Notes under the pieces: generated by a model
What the model was told of the DNA's origin: nothing
Databases searched by the model: none
Seen by the model: only the letters and a program-made list of their open reading frames with translations
Translations under genes and position numbers: made by a program
Shown: one piece after another, positions 12,944-26,027 of the stretch
Layout: each line of letters begins with the position of its first letter
Position numbering within the stretch: the first letter of the stretch is position 1
Source: Aplysia californica
Lineage: Eukaryota
Assembly (NCBI RefSeq): GCF_000002075.1
Contig: NW_004798763.1
Coordinates: 22,765 to 85,105, forward strand
DNA: 62,341 nt
Direction of reading: 5' to 3'

Positions 12944-13361
12944 TTTGATTTTCTGCTTATTATTTTGTTTTTATAAATTCAGTGCAGGGGATTGTAGGGT
13001 ACTGCTGTCAGATCCTATTGTTTTCTTTTTCTTCTGTTATTTCTGTCAATTTATCTTACTTTTTCCATGCACTAATTGATTGTTAATGTGTAGATATCAT
13101 TCTATTTGCTCAAACAAGCAAACTAAATTCAGTTTTCGTAAACAAGATTTTGCAAAGATGAATTTTATTTTTGTTACTTCTCATAGTTGTCCTTTTCCTT
13201 TATCTTTTTTGCTGCAAGAGAAGGACGAGTAACAGCTATGCTGAGGACCTTATTTTTCCATTTTCAAGATCTGTTTTTTTAATAAAGACCTTTTGTGTTT
13301 GTATGGATATAACAAATTTGTGCTCAAATTTGTAATTTTTGTTCTTTTTACTTTATTCCAG

Positions 13362-13415
13362 CAATTTGGGACAATTTTAGATGTGGAGATAATTTTTAAT
13401 GAAAGAGGCTCAAAG
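13362..13415 (+). CDS. Rbfox: RBFOX exon C (QFGTILDVEIIFNERGSK)
   Basis: ttattccag acceptor, 54 nt, AAG|gtgagt donor; matches the Fox-1 RRM. Confidence 0.97.
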
Positions 13416-16400
13416 GTGAGTAAGAATTGCATCAGAATCAGATGTAGTCTGTAAAGCTACATCTTGTGACACTTGATGCTCCTAAAATTCTTGGTGCTCA
13501 ACTCATTTCTGCCATTTGGTCTGTGTCATAAAGTAATCCTCATGGATTTGGTAGGTACAGGCCACTGTTGTCAGTGTAGAAGACTTAGCAAAGAAGAATG
13601 AGGTTCAAATCGCCGTGAGGTGAATATTTCTTATGTTTCTTCTTGAGCATTGCCTCTTAAATCCTTGGAGCAAGGATTTTGCTTCCAAAACAAACTTGTT
13701 ATTGAAAAAAAAGAAATTCATAACAGACCTTTGCCATTGCACTTATGTTCTTCAGGTCTGTGTGAGAACATTTATTCATTTCCCCTGAGGAATGAAGGTT
13801 TGTTGGAATCTTTTCCAAATAATCTCTCTGAAAATGGTCATCTGCAACTGTGGGTTGACTAAATAGGCAGTTGTTCTTTTGTATGAGCTGAATAGTGATT
13901 CGTAGGTCCGAACTCACAAGAGAGGTGAAAAATCTATTTCTGGGGTGAGATATCAGAGATATCATGGCTGTTCAGACTGAGGGAGCATCAAGAATGTATT
14001 TATTGTATATGAACTTTGGTTAAAAAAACAAAAAAAAACCGAGGCAAGTTTGATGGTTAATTTAATGAAACAAGTACACTGCATACATTAAAAAAACACA
14101 TTTTGAACAGACTACTTGCAACTTGAAATATGTAAACAGAAGAGTCTTTCATTCAAAGCAAAAATAGCTTATTTCTGATTGTTTGTATGCAGCTTTACCT
14201 AAGTGTCAAACTTGCCTTCGTCAGTAGAAAGTGAGGCATCCTTTTCTTTCATGTTTGAGACAGAAAACCAGTTACTGTTAATGTGCAAATCTATGTGCTT
14301 GACAAAAAGCTTTTGTTTCAAATGAAATCTTGTGTTAGTGAGTACACACGTGTTGGAAAAAAATGAGAAGAAATTTTCTCTGAGGAGTTTACTAACTCGC
14401 GCATAGTAGTTGTAAAAATGTTTACGTCTGATCAAAAGGAGATATCGATGTCCTTTCAGTTGATGTGTTTTGGTGATAACTCATCTAGTTTTTTTCTCCC
14501 TTTTTGGTATATTGTTGCCTCAGGGGTGCTGAATTCTTGCAAAGCAATAAGTAATTGAAAAGAATGCCTGCTTCAAATTGTTAGTTTGTATTATAAAATA
14601 TTGTTTTTATTGATTTTCCTTTTAAAAATTTAAAGAGAAATCTTAAGAAATAACTGTAATTTAGTATTTTGTGTACTCAGCACCTGGAGTGGCTTCAGTG
14701 GAGACTCAGCATTTCTTTTTTGGTTTGGGAATGTTATCGTTCTGAATTCAGTTGATTGTGATGGCATTCTGTGTTCAGAATACTTTTGGCAAAATCAAAG
14801 TGAACATTTTTCGGAGAGGAATACAAACTTATGAAGTTGTTAAATTTGGAAAAAAAATGAGTCTTTGAATTCACTTTAGGGTCTGGGTGATTAAAGCACA
14901 ATTTAAAATGACCTTGAATGTTTGAATATGGGATATTGTGAAACCGTTTAGGATGCCTGCATGTTTACAAGTCTGATGACATTAGTTTTTGTCAGTGGAG
15001 TGAATAGATGTTGACTTTAATAAATGGATTCTTTTGGTTCTGTGACAAAAGGTGGACGCCATTCTTCCTGTTTTGTGGGAGTAACCTTCTTGGTGTAAAA
15101 AAAAAAATGTATTGCATAGAAAGGGAACTTTGGTTTAAAAGATTAAGAAACCTTGTTTTCGTGTGTGTGTACGTGTGTATACAGAGAACTTATTATATTT
15201 CATGCTTTTGCTTTCTTAGTTTTCCTTCTCAATTTCTGTAGCTTCGATAGAGGTGGGGTGTAGGATTTTCCATTTATAATTTCACTTTGGCATCAGATAC
15301 CTATTATGTTAATTTTTCTTAATTTAATTTTTCATTTTTTGCTGAGTCACTGCAGCACTGAGATACAGGTTATGGACTGGTGAAAACCCATGTGTACAAA
15401 TCACTTTTTTCTTGAAACTGTTGATCAGTGCTGAATGCCTATATGAAAGCGAAGGTGGAGATAATTTTCTTGTGTTGATGTACAGTTTAAAGTAAAATTC
15501 TATGAAAATACTACTTTATACACCAAGTGTCATCCACTGTGGCATGACGAGTTATGAATTTGATACACTTGATGAAGTTCACAGTGTGAACCAAGTCGGG
15601 GTCTAAATATTTCTCGTCTTTCTGTATAGTTAGGTCTGTAGCAGGAATTATGTTACAAAATAACTTATTTTATGTATAGGGGCGGGCGTAAATTTTTCTC
15701 TTCAGGAAATAATAGAATCATCACTGCATAAAGAAGATATGTTCCAGCCAAAAAGTATCAGAATGAACTATTTGATAAGGCACCACTGATCCAGTTTGAA
15801 AACATTTTGAGGCCCTCATATCTGAAGGATATTTTCTACACTATGAGGACAGTCAAGATTGTTGCTTTTACACAAGAGATTATCTTTCAAAGTTTTTTCA
15901 GGGAGATAGATGATCATCTTTTCTTGTCATCATTTTGGCTCAATAATAAATAAATCCCATATTCATTCCTTCCTCATTTTATATAGTGCTGTTGATTGAA
16001 ATTTTGATTGATACTTACTTTAATTATTTAATTTTGTTAATTTACTTATCATTGCATCCTCGTTGAATTCATCCATTCATTCTTCACTCATTTATTCGCC
16101 CAAACACTCAAACAGTCACGTACATACACACACTCACACTCCCAAAACGAAAAGCTAAGACAACTAGATAACAGTAAAACTGCCTGTGTTTGCTCTAAAA
16201 ACCAAGAGTGTTGCATCAGATCTAACACTAGTGTCACGTAATCAGCAGTTGTGATCAGGTTGTGCTGTGTTGTCTCTCTAAGATGGAAAACGAGTGTATG
16301 CTATCACTCAAATGGTATGGATCACCTAACAGGAATGAAAACTCATATTTTTGTGGACTTGTTTCTTTATTTGTTTCTTTCTTTATTTATTTGTTTTTTA

Positions 16401-19400
16401 ATTTATTTATATATATATATTTATTTATTTATTCATTCATTTTTATTTACTTATTCAATTATTTTTTTTAATTCTTAAAAAAAGGGTGTTATGAAACAAG
16501 ATGGAAAGAAAGTCTTTTGGTAGACTTGTGGGATGTACCTGATATATTATGAGGGGCAGGATGTGTCAGGGCAGTGGAATCTCTTTTCTGTGTGAGGGCC
16601 CTACATAGCCTACTTGACTGAATCTATAGCACTTCACATTAATGTTTGAAATGTTTTGAAGAACGAGAAAACAAACTGCCGAGCAAAAAGCAGTAAGGCC
16701 AGGTAATATAATCAATGTGAAAAATGAACGTATTTCCAGCTAGATGTTTTCTGAAAAAAGGGTTTATTCTTTTTTCCTAATGTTTGTCTATTTTTATTTA
16801 GGTATTCATTTATATTTATCCAATTAATTTGTTATTTGTTTATTTATTTGCTTAAACCTATCTGTTTATTTTTTGTGTTTTTATTATTTTTAAAAATAAG
16901 TTTTTATAGTTGTGGCATTTGTCAGTGGGCATTAGATTAACTCGTGTACCTCCCCTACTCTTGGTGTGTTTAGGGGTTGTGCTCTTTTCATTCAGATCTG
17001 TTCTCTGGTATCCTCCTGTCTTCATTTTAATATCTTGATTGTCTTCTCTTTTTTATTGTGTTTGGTTATTGTCTTCATTTTATGAACAGTTTATTTTTCT
17101 TGTGAATAGTAACGTTTCAAATATCTTTGTAGCCTCTGTAGTTCAGCTTTGTCTGTCTGGTTTCGTTGGCCCATTGAATTCCCAGCACTGATTGCTGAAG
17201 GCTGTTTGTGTCCATTTTGCTGTCTGGATCTTTGCTTCTGGCTAGTCATTCACCCAAGGACTATCTTTCTGAAAGGGAACTAAAACAAATTTCAGTTCTG
17301 AAAAACTCTAACCCAGTGATCATAGCAGACTCATTTTTATTTTAATTCATTTAAAATGCTTATTTTTTTTGTTTGGTATTTATCCAATTTTTCCCCTGTC
17401 TTTTGCTTGTATGAGTTGAGGTTTTCACTCGCACCACTCCCAATAACATCTAGAAAATATGACTTGTGTGTTGCTTAATATTGATGTAGCTCTAGACTGC
17501 ATTTATTGACAACATTCAATTTACTAAATCTTGGCCACCCTCTGCAGTGTGCTTCCAAGGAAAAAGGCATTCTTGCATTCTGAAGACTGTCAATTGTAAT
17601 ATTTGCATTTGTGTTTGCTGCTTGACTGTCTCGTTTTGTGAATGAAGTGTTTAGTGTCATACTGTGTATGGAATGACTAAATATGCTGGGCGAATAATTT
17701 TAGCTGTGTGCATCAGATTAATCCGAATGTCAGAAGGTCTAGTTCTTCCGTAGTGATACTAATTACATAACCTTTTGAACTGATGTTTAGTATGAGTGTA
17801 TTTCAGTGCATGGCTGACCCTTGTTACACTGGTCGTTCAGTATATTTTGCAAAACTTTTATGGACACCAACAGTATACCTGTTTGAGCTAGCAAACATTC
17901 AAATTTTGCCGAAATTTCTAAAGGATTTTTGACACAATGAATATTTTCCAACTTAATATAAAACACATTTCGGTTAAGCCAAGGGTTAAATAAATAAAAG
18001 AAGAAAGATTTTATGCTTTAGGTATCAAAAGCGTCGTTTAATGTGTACATTTTTGTCTATTAATCTCAATAGTTTTGGAGGTGTTGCAATACCTGAAAGA
18101 GTGATTAAAATCAACTCTATCAAGTTTCCGAAAAAAAACTTTTCAGTAAAAGGCCACGACAAGTTCAAGCAAAGAGATTCAAATGCGGTTCTTTGAAACA
18201 CTTTTGCATGTTGCGCAAAAACTCTGTGCATGTTGACTTGCAGTTTCAAACAAGAGTGTCGAAGTTGTTTTCGTGACGAGCAAGATCAACATTTTTGTGT
18301 GTGTGCAGGAGTGAGCTGTGATTCTGACATTAAAATAATGTAGGAAATGACCGTTAGTTGTAAACAAATCATTGGTTTATCGTGAATGCAATTTAAACCA
18401 CACTCATGGGTTGTGGTGATCGTTTGACTGGTGGGGAAAATCAGTATGATTTTGGAATGTTAAGGTTAATTTGAAATAAGTAATTTATGCCCATCGTTGG
18501 AGTGAATCTTTTTAGAATTCAAAATATCTGTGGAAAGAATTGAATATTTTATTATCCAGTAAGCCGAATCCAAACTGAATTTCCCTGATCCGTGCGTGTT
18601 GTGTGATCAAACTTTTCCCTGAAACGTGGTACATGTATTTTTTTTAGTAGCCATGATGAGTGAGTGACGGTGGTGTGTACTTATGTGTGTGAAGAATAAA
18701 AACAAAAGGGGGTGGGGGTGGGGAGGGGGGTGGGAGACAAGTTCGGTTGGCTCAAAATAAGATGTAGGGCCTACCTTGTACTAGAGCTGTGTTGATTGAG
18801 GGTGAAGCTGATGATAGGGTGTCATCTTTATCTGGTCAGTGGCATAACAAACAGGGGGTGTTTGTTTTTTGTTTTTTAATCAAAAGGAGAGTCTTTGTTT
18901 TGTCAGTAAAAATCTGTGTAGATGATCCTTGTGTTGTTCCCTTTCCAGGTTTACTTCCCCTTCTGCCCCCAAATAAACTGTAGGAGAAAATTGTGCCCAG
19001 TGGCATGGAAGCATGTCGCTTAGTCCAGTAAGCATGCTGTATAATTTCCCCTGCTCATGTCACGTTTTGAATTTCCTGTTCAAACAGATGTTGACATGCC
19101 CTGCAATGAGAACTAATAACATCTTAACAAAAAACAAAAAAAGAGAGAGAGGCTCTTTCACAAAAACAGCATGTGATACCCACAATTCCAAATTCACACA
19201 TTGCAAACACATGATAGGATTCATGATTTATTTGACTCCTTTTTTTTTTTTCAGAAGTATATAACTATTCACATCCACTTTGTTTAGTTGCTTTGACGTT
19301 CATTGTTTTTTTTTTCAAATTCAGACTGACTGAAGACTGACAATCTTTCTTTTTTTTTTCTAACAATGACGCAGTGATGACATTTCATCTAAACCGTAGA

Positions 19401-19473
19401 TAATACCTTGTTTTTCATATTGTTATTTATGACTGATAATAATGATGATGTTCATGTTTCATTGCACGTTTAA

Positions 19474-19608
19474 TGCATGCCCCTTGTTTTCCTTATGCAT
19501 GCAGGGATTCGGTTTCGTAACTTTCGCAAATAGCGGTGATGCCGACCGAGCACGTGAGAAATTGAACGGCACTGTGGTTGAGGGACGAAAGATTGAGGTG
19601 CCTGCATG
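19474..19608 (+). promoter_or_regulatory. RBFOX binding elements (UGCAUG) flanking the 93-nt exon
   Basis: TGCATG at 19474, at 19496 (abutting the CAG acceptor) and at 19603 (intron +6). Confidence 0.85.
19505..19597 (+). CDS. Rbfox: RBFOX exon D, 93-nt RNP1 exon ([31 protein letters not shown])
   Basis: tgcatgcag acceptor, 93 nt in phase 0/0, weak GAG|gtgcct donor; carries RNP1 GFGFVTF. Confidence 0.97.
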
Positions 19609-21566
19609 CTACTTTACATTTTGTGCTAGCACAACTGAAACCATTGCTAAGTATACTATTGATGTGTTGCAGTATGGAGAAATGCCTGATATTATTTCTT
19701 TTTTCCCTCAATAGAATCACCCATCTTTTCCGTGTCTGTTTGTTTGTTACTTTATGTTTTTGATGGCTACATCAATGTTGTATGAGTCAAACTTCCACCT
19801 TAGATCCCTCTTCTTTTAAGTTTTGTGTCTTGTCTTCAGTGTTAACCGTCCGTCTTTTTGAGTCGTTCAGAGTAAAAGAAGCATCGTAGGGTTCTATCTA
19901 TACATAAAACACACGCAAAAACATTCTTCCTTCTGTGTTTTTTTTTTTTTCTTTACCACATACTTTATTTTTTCCTTCTGGAAAATTCCCACTCGGCCAG
20001 GAAGAGGAGTTCACATGACGAGTAAGGCCATCCTAAGTAGGCCAAGTATGTTTTGTTGTGCATTTTTACATGTGCAATGCTCCCAACTGCCCAGCTATTC
20101 TGATCGCACGCCATCGCAACAATATAAAAGTTTCTTCTTGATTTGTAGATATTTGGTGCATTATCCCTCTTTCGTGTATATGGCATTTCTTTATGCTGTA
20201 ATTTTCATTTCTGGGTCATATTTTGCAAAGTTGTTACTAATTGTTTCTCAAGTTTTGGGAGACTAGTATTTTTTAAAAGAAAACTTTAAAGAGAAAAAAA
20301 TTGGGGAAGAAAAGAAAAACATTTTGGTCCACGTTAGTTTTTACGTTTTCCAAAAGTATAGATTTTTTCTGTTTTGTGGGTGGGCTATCTTAACTTTTTC
20401 TAGTGTGGGAAGGAATAGAATTGATAAATATTCATATATGCATAGAGATATTGTTCTAATCTCCACATATTTAAGGCCATAATAACCTTTTTCCTTTCCT
20501 TTTAAAGAAGCTCAAACTTTGGACATTTGGTTTCACTGAAGGTGTTTGGTTTTGTTGAGTGAGGGACTGCCATTTTGAGGCAGGTTGATGGGATGGAGAG
20601 CATTTCCTGAATACAATTCATGGCTGTGAAGTGCTTGTGGAGGGAAAAAAATGCTTTGCACATGGAAAATAAACCGCGATAAACAAAAATGATGTTTTGT
20701 GTATGCCTGCTGGCCCTGTGATTACAAAAGTTTTCATTTTTGGGGGTTTGTGTTAAAACAAAAGTTTGTTGGGTTTGGGAAATTTTGTGAATATTTCTGA
20801 TATTGCTGCTATTGAAAACAAAAATATTTAGAGAGGAAGCAGAATATTTCACTTTATCTCCTTACTATGGAGGAAAATGCATTGTTTTTCATCCTCTTGT
20901 GGCCTTGAACTGTATTAGTGGAGTTTAGAACTTTATGTTTTAATTGGATTTGTAGCTCAATGGCCAGATGTGATATATTTGATTTAATTCTAAAGATGAA
21001 AAATCCATTGCCTTATACCAGAATTGTATTATTGGTATTTTTATCTATTTTTCACTATTATTAAGATTTAAATTTAAATTATTTATCAGAAGACAACTGT
21101 AAATTTAATGCTGTAATGCAAAATGATATTGGTTAAATATCACCTTTAGCTTGTTATGACTTTTAATGTGAAACGTGAAAAGAAGAGAAAATATGTTGGA
21201 CTTACCATGTGCTGGGTTGGTGCTAGAAGTGAAAAATGTTGAATTGAAATATGGTTGGACAATTGAGTTAACGCTGCCTCTGAAGTATGTCATAGCAAGC
21301 TAAAACTGGCCTTAGGTTTTCCTTTGATTTGTCTTGTAAGATTATTTAACAATGTCATGAGACCTTATCTTGAGAGACTCTCCAGACATTTCTAAATTTC
21401 CATATCCTAGTTTGTTTAACTGACAAAAAAAAAAAAGACAAAAAAAGAGATAGAGCAAACAATTTTGCATATATTCAGTGGTCTTGGTTTGTCTCTCAAG
21501 AGAAGAACTTGTGTGTTTGCATTTTGTCTCGCATTTGTTTTGACCCAAACCATGATTCTGTGCTAG

Positions 21567-21627
21567 GTTAACAATGCTACTGCACGGGTCATGACCAAAA
21601 AGGTGACCGCACCCACACTGTCTACCG
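21567..21627 (+). CDS. Rbfox: RBFOX exon E (VNNATARVMTKKVTAPTLST)
   Basis: tgctag acceptor, 61 nt, G|gtaagg donor in phase 1; VNNATARVM ends the RRM. Confidence 0.96.
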
Positions 21628-24010
21628 GTAAGGAATCAGTCTTCCCTATGAATACTCTATTTCCCATTTTCTTTCCTTTGTTCATTGCAAGCATGCATTC
21701 ACGTCCTTTGTTTTTTTGTTGTCTTTTTTTGTTGTTTTTTTGTTTGTTTTATCTTTACTTTTATAATGAGGTACATAGAAGTAGTAGATGATTATGATGA
21801 AGCAACGATTTTCTGCAACAGAAAAGACTTTTTCCTTTCTATTCTGAATAAGTTTTCCACTGTATGTCTTTAGTGTTCTTCAGTAGGCCTCCATTTTGTA
21901 GAAGATTGTAGAGTTGGATTTTGATAGCCTCAGAACTTTCCCCCCCATTGGCTGCTATTCTTTTTTTATAAGCGTCATAGGTGCCTTTTACAGTAGGCCT
22001 CTATTTCTTTCTGATCTTCTGCATGGACTTTGAAGAAACATGCTTACTGTATTTCGGATCCTCTTTTCTTCTATTCACACAAAGATATCCCTGAAAGATG
22101 TGATATGAGTTTTATCACCCTCTATGTTTTCCAAGAAAGAAAAAACAGAGAGAGAAAGATTGACTTTGCTCTTTCTTCCTTATATCATCCTTTGATCAAA
22201 TTGTTTCATTCAAATTACTGTCATAGCTATAGTTTGTTCACTTTTGTCTTTCCATATTTAAAAATAATTTAATTCAATTATTTATTTACCAATGCTCTTG
22301 TAACTTTGCATGACACTACTGTAGGCTGGTGACCAAACAAAAATATATTTTAGAAAATACTTCGATCCAGTAACAAAAAAATGATTTTATTTGGGTGTAG
22401 GCCCTATGTTAAACACCACCCTTTTGGGTGTATACACAGGATCACTGAAATAAAGGATTTACAGTAACCAAGGTTACAAATTGCTCAATTTGAGGCAGTG
22501 ACATCCCACTGCCCCTTTATTACAGTGCAGTCACATAGTCTTCCCTCCCTCTCCCCTCAAAAAAAGGCCTCACAAAAACCTCAAAAAGTCACCACCTGAG
22601 TCTGGAAAAGTACTCAACTGTCTATGAAAGTGTGGTGTTCATGTAAATAAGTCAACTTTTGATGTTTTAGATGTAGGCCTATGCTCTAAATCTCCTATAA
22701 TGTTTAAAAATCGATTTGGGGCTAATATCATAGAAAATGTGCTGGAACTTTTATTTTACAGTGGCTTTCATTCATGGACTTTAAGATTCTATTGGTCATT
22801 CTACTTTAAGGCTCTGGCGCAAAGACCTCAGGAAATTAATCAGAGAGATATTTGTTTTTATTCCTGTTTGAACCACAGACAGGTGAAAGTGAACAATCTA
22901 TAGTTGTAGTAAGTCACCTCTCAATCAGTCGTGGAGCAGTGTGTGACTATGAGAATGAATAAAGAGCCTCTTTGCCGATGATGATTGGATAACATTACAA
23001 TCTTGAATGTTTACATAAAACTAAAGTTGAGGGGTCAGAAGGCTAATTTATTATTTTCTTGTAAAGGATATGTATTTAACTTTAAGGAAGGTGAAATGGT
23101 CAGCGTGATCCTGTCTTCCTCTTTGTTCTTTTGCATATTATCAGTGTCATTTGCATTTTGATTTTTGGTCAATTTGATAGCTTGGCATATTGTGTATATT
23201 TCCCCTTCTGGAGATGTTTGAAAAGAGTTAAATTAACACAAGAACCCTATCCCATCAAAGCTTTGCAGGAGTATGGATTTTTCTTTTACACCTCAAAATT
23301 TCCATGTGAAAGCATGTATACGGCTTTCCTTCTTCCATCCTTCTCAAATTTACTGACAGATTTTTTTTCGTTGTTGTTCACCTTCCATTCCTGATTCTTG
23401 TTCTCTGGAATGAAATCAATACGTTCCCTAGAACGAATGGGAATGTTTTCATCTTTGAAAGCTTTTGCTTCTGTGCATCTTTATGAACGTTTTTTAAATT
23501 TAATTTGTTTCGTTTTTGAGAATAGCTTTGAAAGTTTTGTTTTTACAAAATGAGTTTTCCCACCCATGAATATATGATCTGCATAGTTCAATTTGCATTG
23601 GAGATTCTGGACTAGCCATTGGCTATTTGTGAATAATGTTTGTTGACAGTTTTGCTGGATGTTGGTGAAATAACAAAAGAATTTGTAGGTGTAGTTGGAA
23701 TGTTACGAATAAGCCTGTGATGGCCTGATGTCATTGAATGCTCTTTCCCATGTGGATGAATGATAATTTGAATGGTATGAAAATACTAGAATCACTAAGT
23801 AGCATTTGGATCGGTGCAGTCCTGTTCACATTACATTGCATAGCCCTGGCTGAGACTTAGAGACCAAACCAGGGCTGTAGCCTTTGTTGGACATGCCTGT
23901 ATGCTTTGCAGTCTGTTTTGCCAGCTATGTTATAATATTTATACTATAATTTTGAGTATGTATGCGTGTCAGTAACGGAGGAGTGAAATATTTGATGATC
24001 CTCTTTTTAG

Positions 24011-24182
24011 ATTCGGTAGCTGCTGCAGCTTTACGCGGAGTTGCCTTGACCCGGGGTCGTACTGCTGCAGCTGTGGCAGCCAGAGGGCTCGGTGGTGTGT
24101 ACACAGCTGCAGCTGCAGCTGCTGCAGGTCTGAGGCACCCAACGCCAATTGCTGCTCCGCCCACTGCAATCCCCTATGCTGC
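24011..24182 (+). CDS. Rbfox: RBFOX exon F (DSVAAAALRGVALTRGR...PTAIPYA; Ala-rich C-terminal domain)
   Basis: tttttag acceptor in phase 1, 172 nt, GC|gtaagt donor; the RG..L.RGR motif matches the Fox-1 C-terminal domain. Confidence 0.92.
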
Positions 24183-24850
24183 GTAAGTTCTAGTGCTTTA
24201 CTTATTACTTTTGTTGGTGTAAGACTATAAGTTCTGATGCTGTACTTTTGACTTTAATAAGCTGTATGTTCCTATGCTTTTTTAACTTTTATAAGTGTAT
24301 TTGAGTACTTATATGCTGACTTTTGTTAGTGTAAGTTTGATGCCAAAGTTTGATGCAAAATTTTATGCTCTACTTTTATAAGTACGGAGCTGATTCTGAA
24401 GAAACAACTTGTGCTGAATAGGGGTGATAGAGAAGTGTAAAGAAAAGAAAAAAGCTTTGTCTCCTTTAAGTACAGAAAACATGGTGTCTTTGTCATTCAT
24501 TTTATATTATTGTGATTAAGTATGGATAATAGGTAGGCTTCTCAGAGGGTATTCTGTAAAACACTCTTATGTGCCTTCCGTAATAATGAAGGTACAGTTT
24601 AGCACTAGTGGCACAAACTCAGTAAACTCGAAATCATGGATAGCTTGCACAATTTGCGATTCCTTTCTGGAATCTCTATAATTTTTCGTGATCAGTTAAT
24701 CTGAATTATTATGGATACGTCAAACAGGTTTGTCAATCCCCGTAATGTTTGAGTTATCTGTGCCAGGTTGTAAGTGTTTTTCATAATTGAACCAAAAGTA
24801 AATCTATAGGAATTTACATCAGAGGTCTCTTTTTCTCTTTATGTTCCCAG

Positions 24851-24899
24851 GAGTGTTTATCAAGATCCTTTCTTGACCTATGATCCAGCCCGCTATCAG
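24851..24899 (+). CDS. Rbfox: RBFOX exon G (ASVYQDPFLTYDPARYQ; equivalent to the vertebrate VVYQD exon)
   Basis: ttcccag acceptor in phase 2, 49 nt, CAG|gtaaat donor; VYQD motif. Confidence 0.9.
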
Positions 24900-25199
24900 G
24901 TAAATATGGCTACTTGATGAAGCTTATTTGTCACTAGCTGTTTAGGTTTTGTTAACATGAATAAGTCTTGGGGTTAAAATGTTATGTTTAAATGTCAAAA
25001 TAGTGTCCTCTTTTTATATGTAGCTTTTTATTTTTATTGTTCATTAAATTTTAAAACATTTTTACTTAGGTTCTTTATAAAATTTTAAATGGTATTTGGG
25101 TTCATTATTCTTGCAAATCGAAATTAAAAAAAAAAAATTGCGAATTGAACAAGTTTAAAATGTGGCAGCCTAATTGTTGTACTTCTGTGCCCGTAACAG

Positions 25200-25318
25200 T
25201 TAGTCACAAGTCAGCCATATCCTGCTGCAGCGGCCGCAGCCAGCTACCCTACAGGAGCTGCCCGATATGCTATCCCAGCTGCAGCTGTAGCTACTCCAGT
25301 CACCTACACAGCTGCCGG
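25200..25318 (+). CDS. Rbfox: RBFOX exon H (LVTSQPYPAAAAAASYPTGAARYAIPAAAVATPVTYTAA)
   Basis: taacag acceptor in phase 0, 119 nt, GG|gtaagt donor; Tyr/Ala/Pro-rich, contains the RYA motif. Confidence 0.88.
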
Positions 25319-26027
25319 GTAAGTGGGCTGCTTGCTTTTGGGTTTTTTTGGGTTTGGGATTTTTTTTTTTTTTTCGTTTTTAATAGGGAACCCATCAAAG
25401 CCTTAATTATGTTCGAAGGTTTGTTGAACCCATACATCACATACTGAGAACCTGTTTCTCTACCAGATGTTATTTTCCTATAAAGTAATTTTGAAAATAT
25501 AATAATATGATGACCCAGTTTATGTTTAGAACGGTAAGTGAATCTGATATTTCAGTTGTTTGACTAGTAAAAAGGTCCATATTTTCCGCATTTTGTTCAT
25601 ATTATTTTCAAGAGTTTACATTTATCTGACTTTTGTTTCTTCTTTTCCATAACAACAAACATTTAAAAAATATATAAGTCAGTCAGACTTGACTGACTCT
25701 CAAAGTATTATGGACACACATTCCAATAGCCACGGCTCCAGGATCTGGTTTGGGTAGAGAATGGGAGTAGCCAGAGAGTCAAATGAATTTCTCTAATGGC
25801 AAGAATAACTTGAAACGCTGGAGCTTTCGGTCCTCAATGATTATGTACCAACAAGCAATGGCCTTGAAAGTATGTAGAATGGAGTCTCTCTAACACTGCT
25901 TTGTTGAAAGGGATAGAAAGACTGAATGATTCATGTTCTTGAAGAGTTCTCCATATATAATTTTATGAAACGTGTCATAAATGAGACAATTGCCCCTAGC
26001 TATACCTAAGACGTTTTATAATTTTAA

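Noticed and set aside
13555-13790. Possible degenerate SINE (ggttcaaatc ... tccttggagcaagg)
   Set aside because: Too decayed, and no second copy in the window to confirm it.
22762-22882. Possible extra exon between exons E and F
   Set aside because: Immediate stop in the incoming frame, weak donor, and no similarity to the vertebrate GWKLNP exon.
24183-24385. Repeated gtaag/ataagt motifs after exon F as alternative donors
   Set aside because: Degenerate local tandem duplication; the reading frame stops at TAA 24184-24186 and nothing supports their use.
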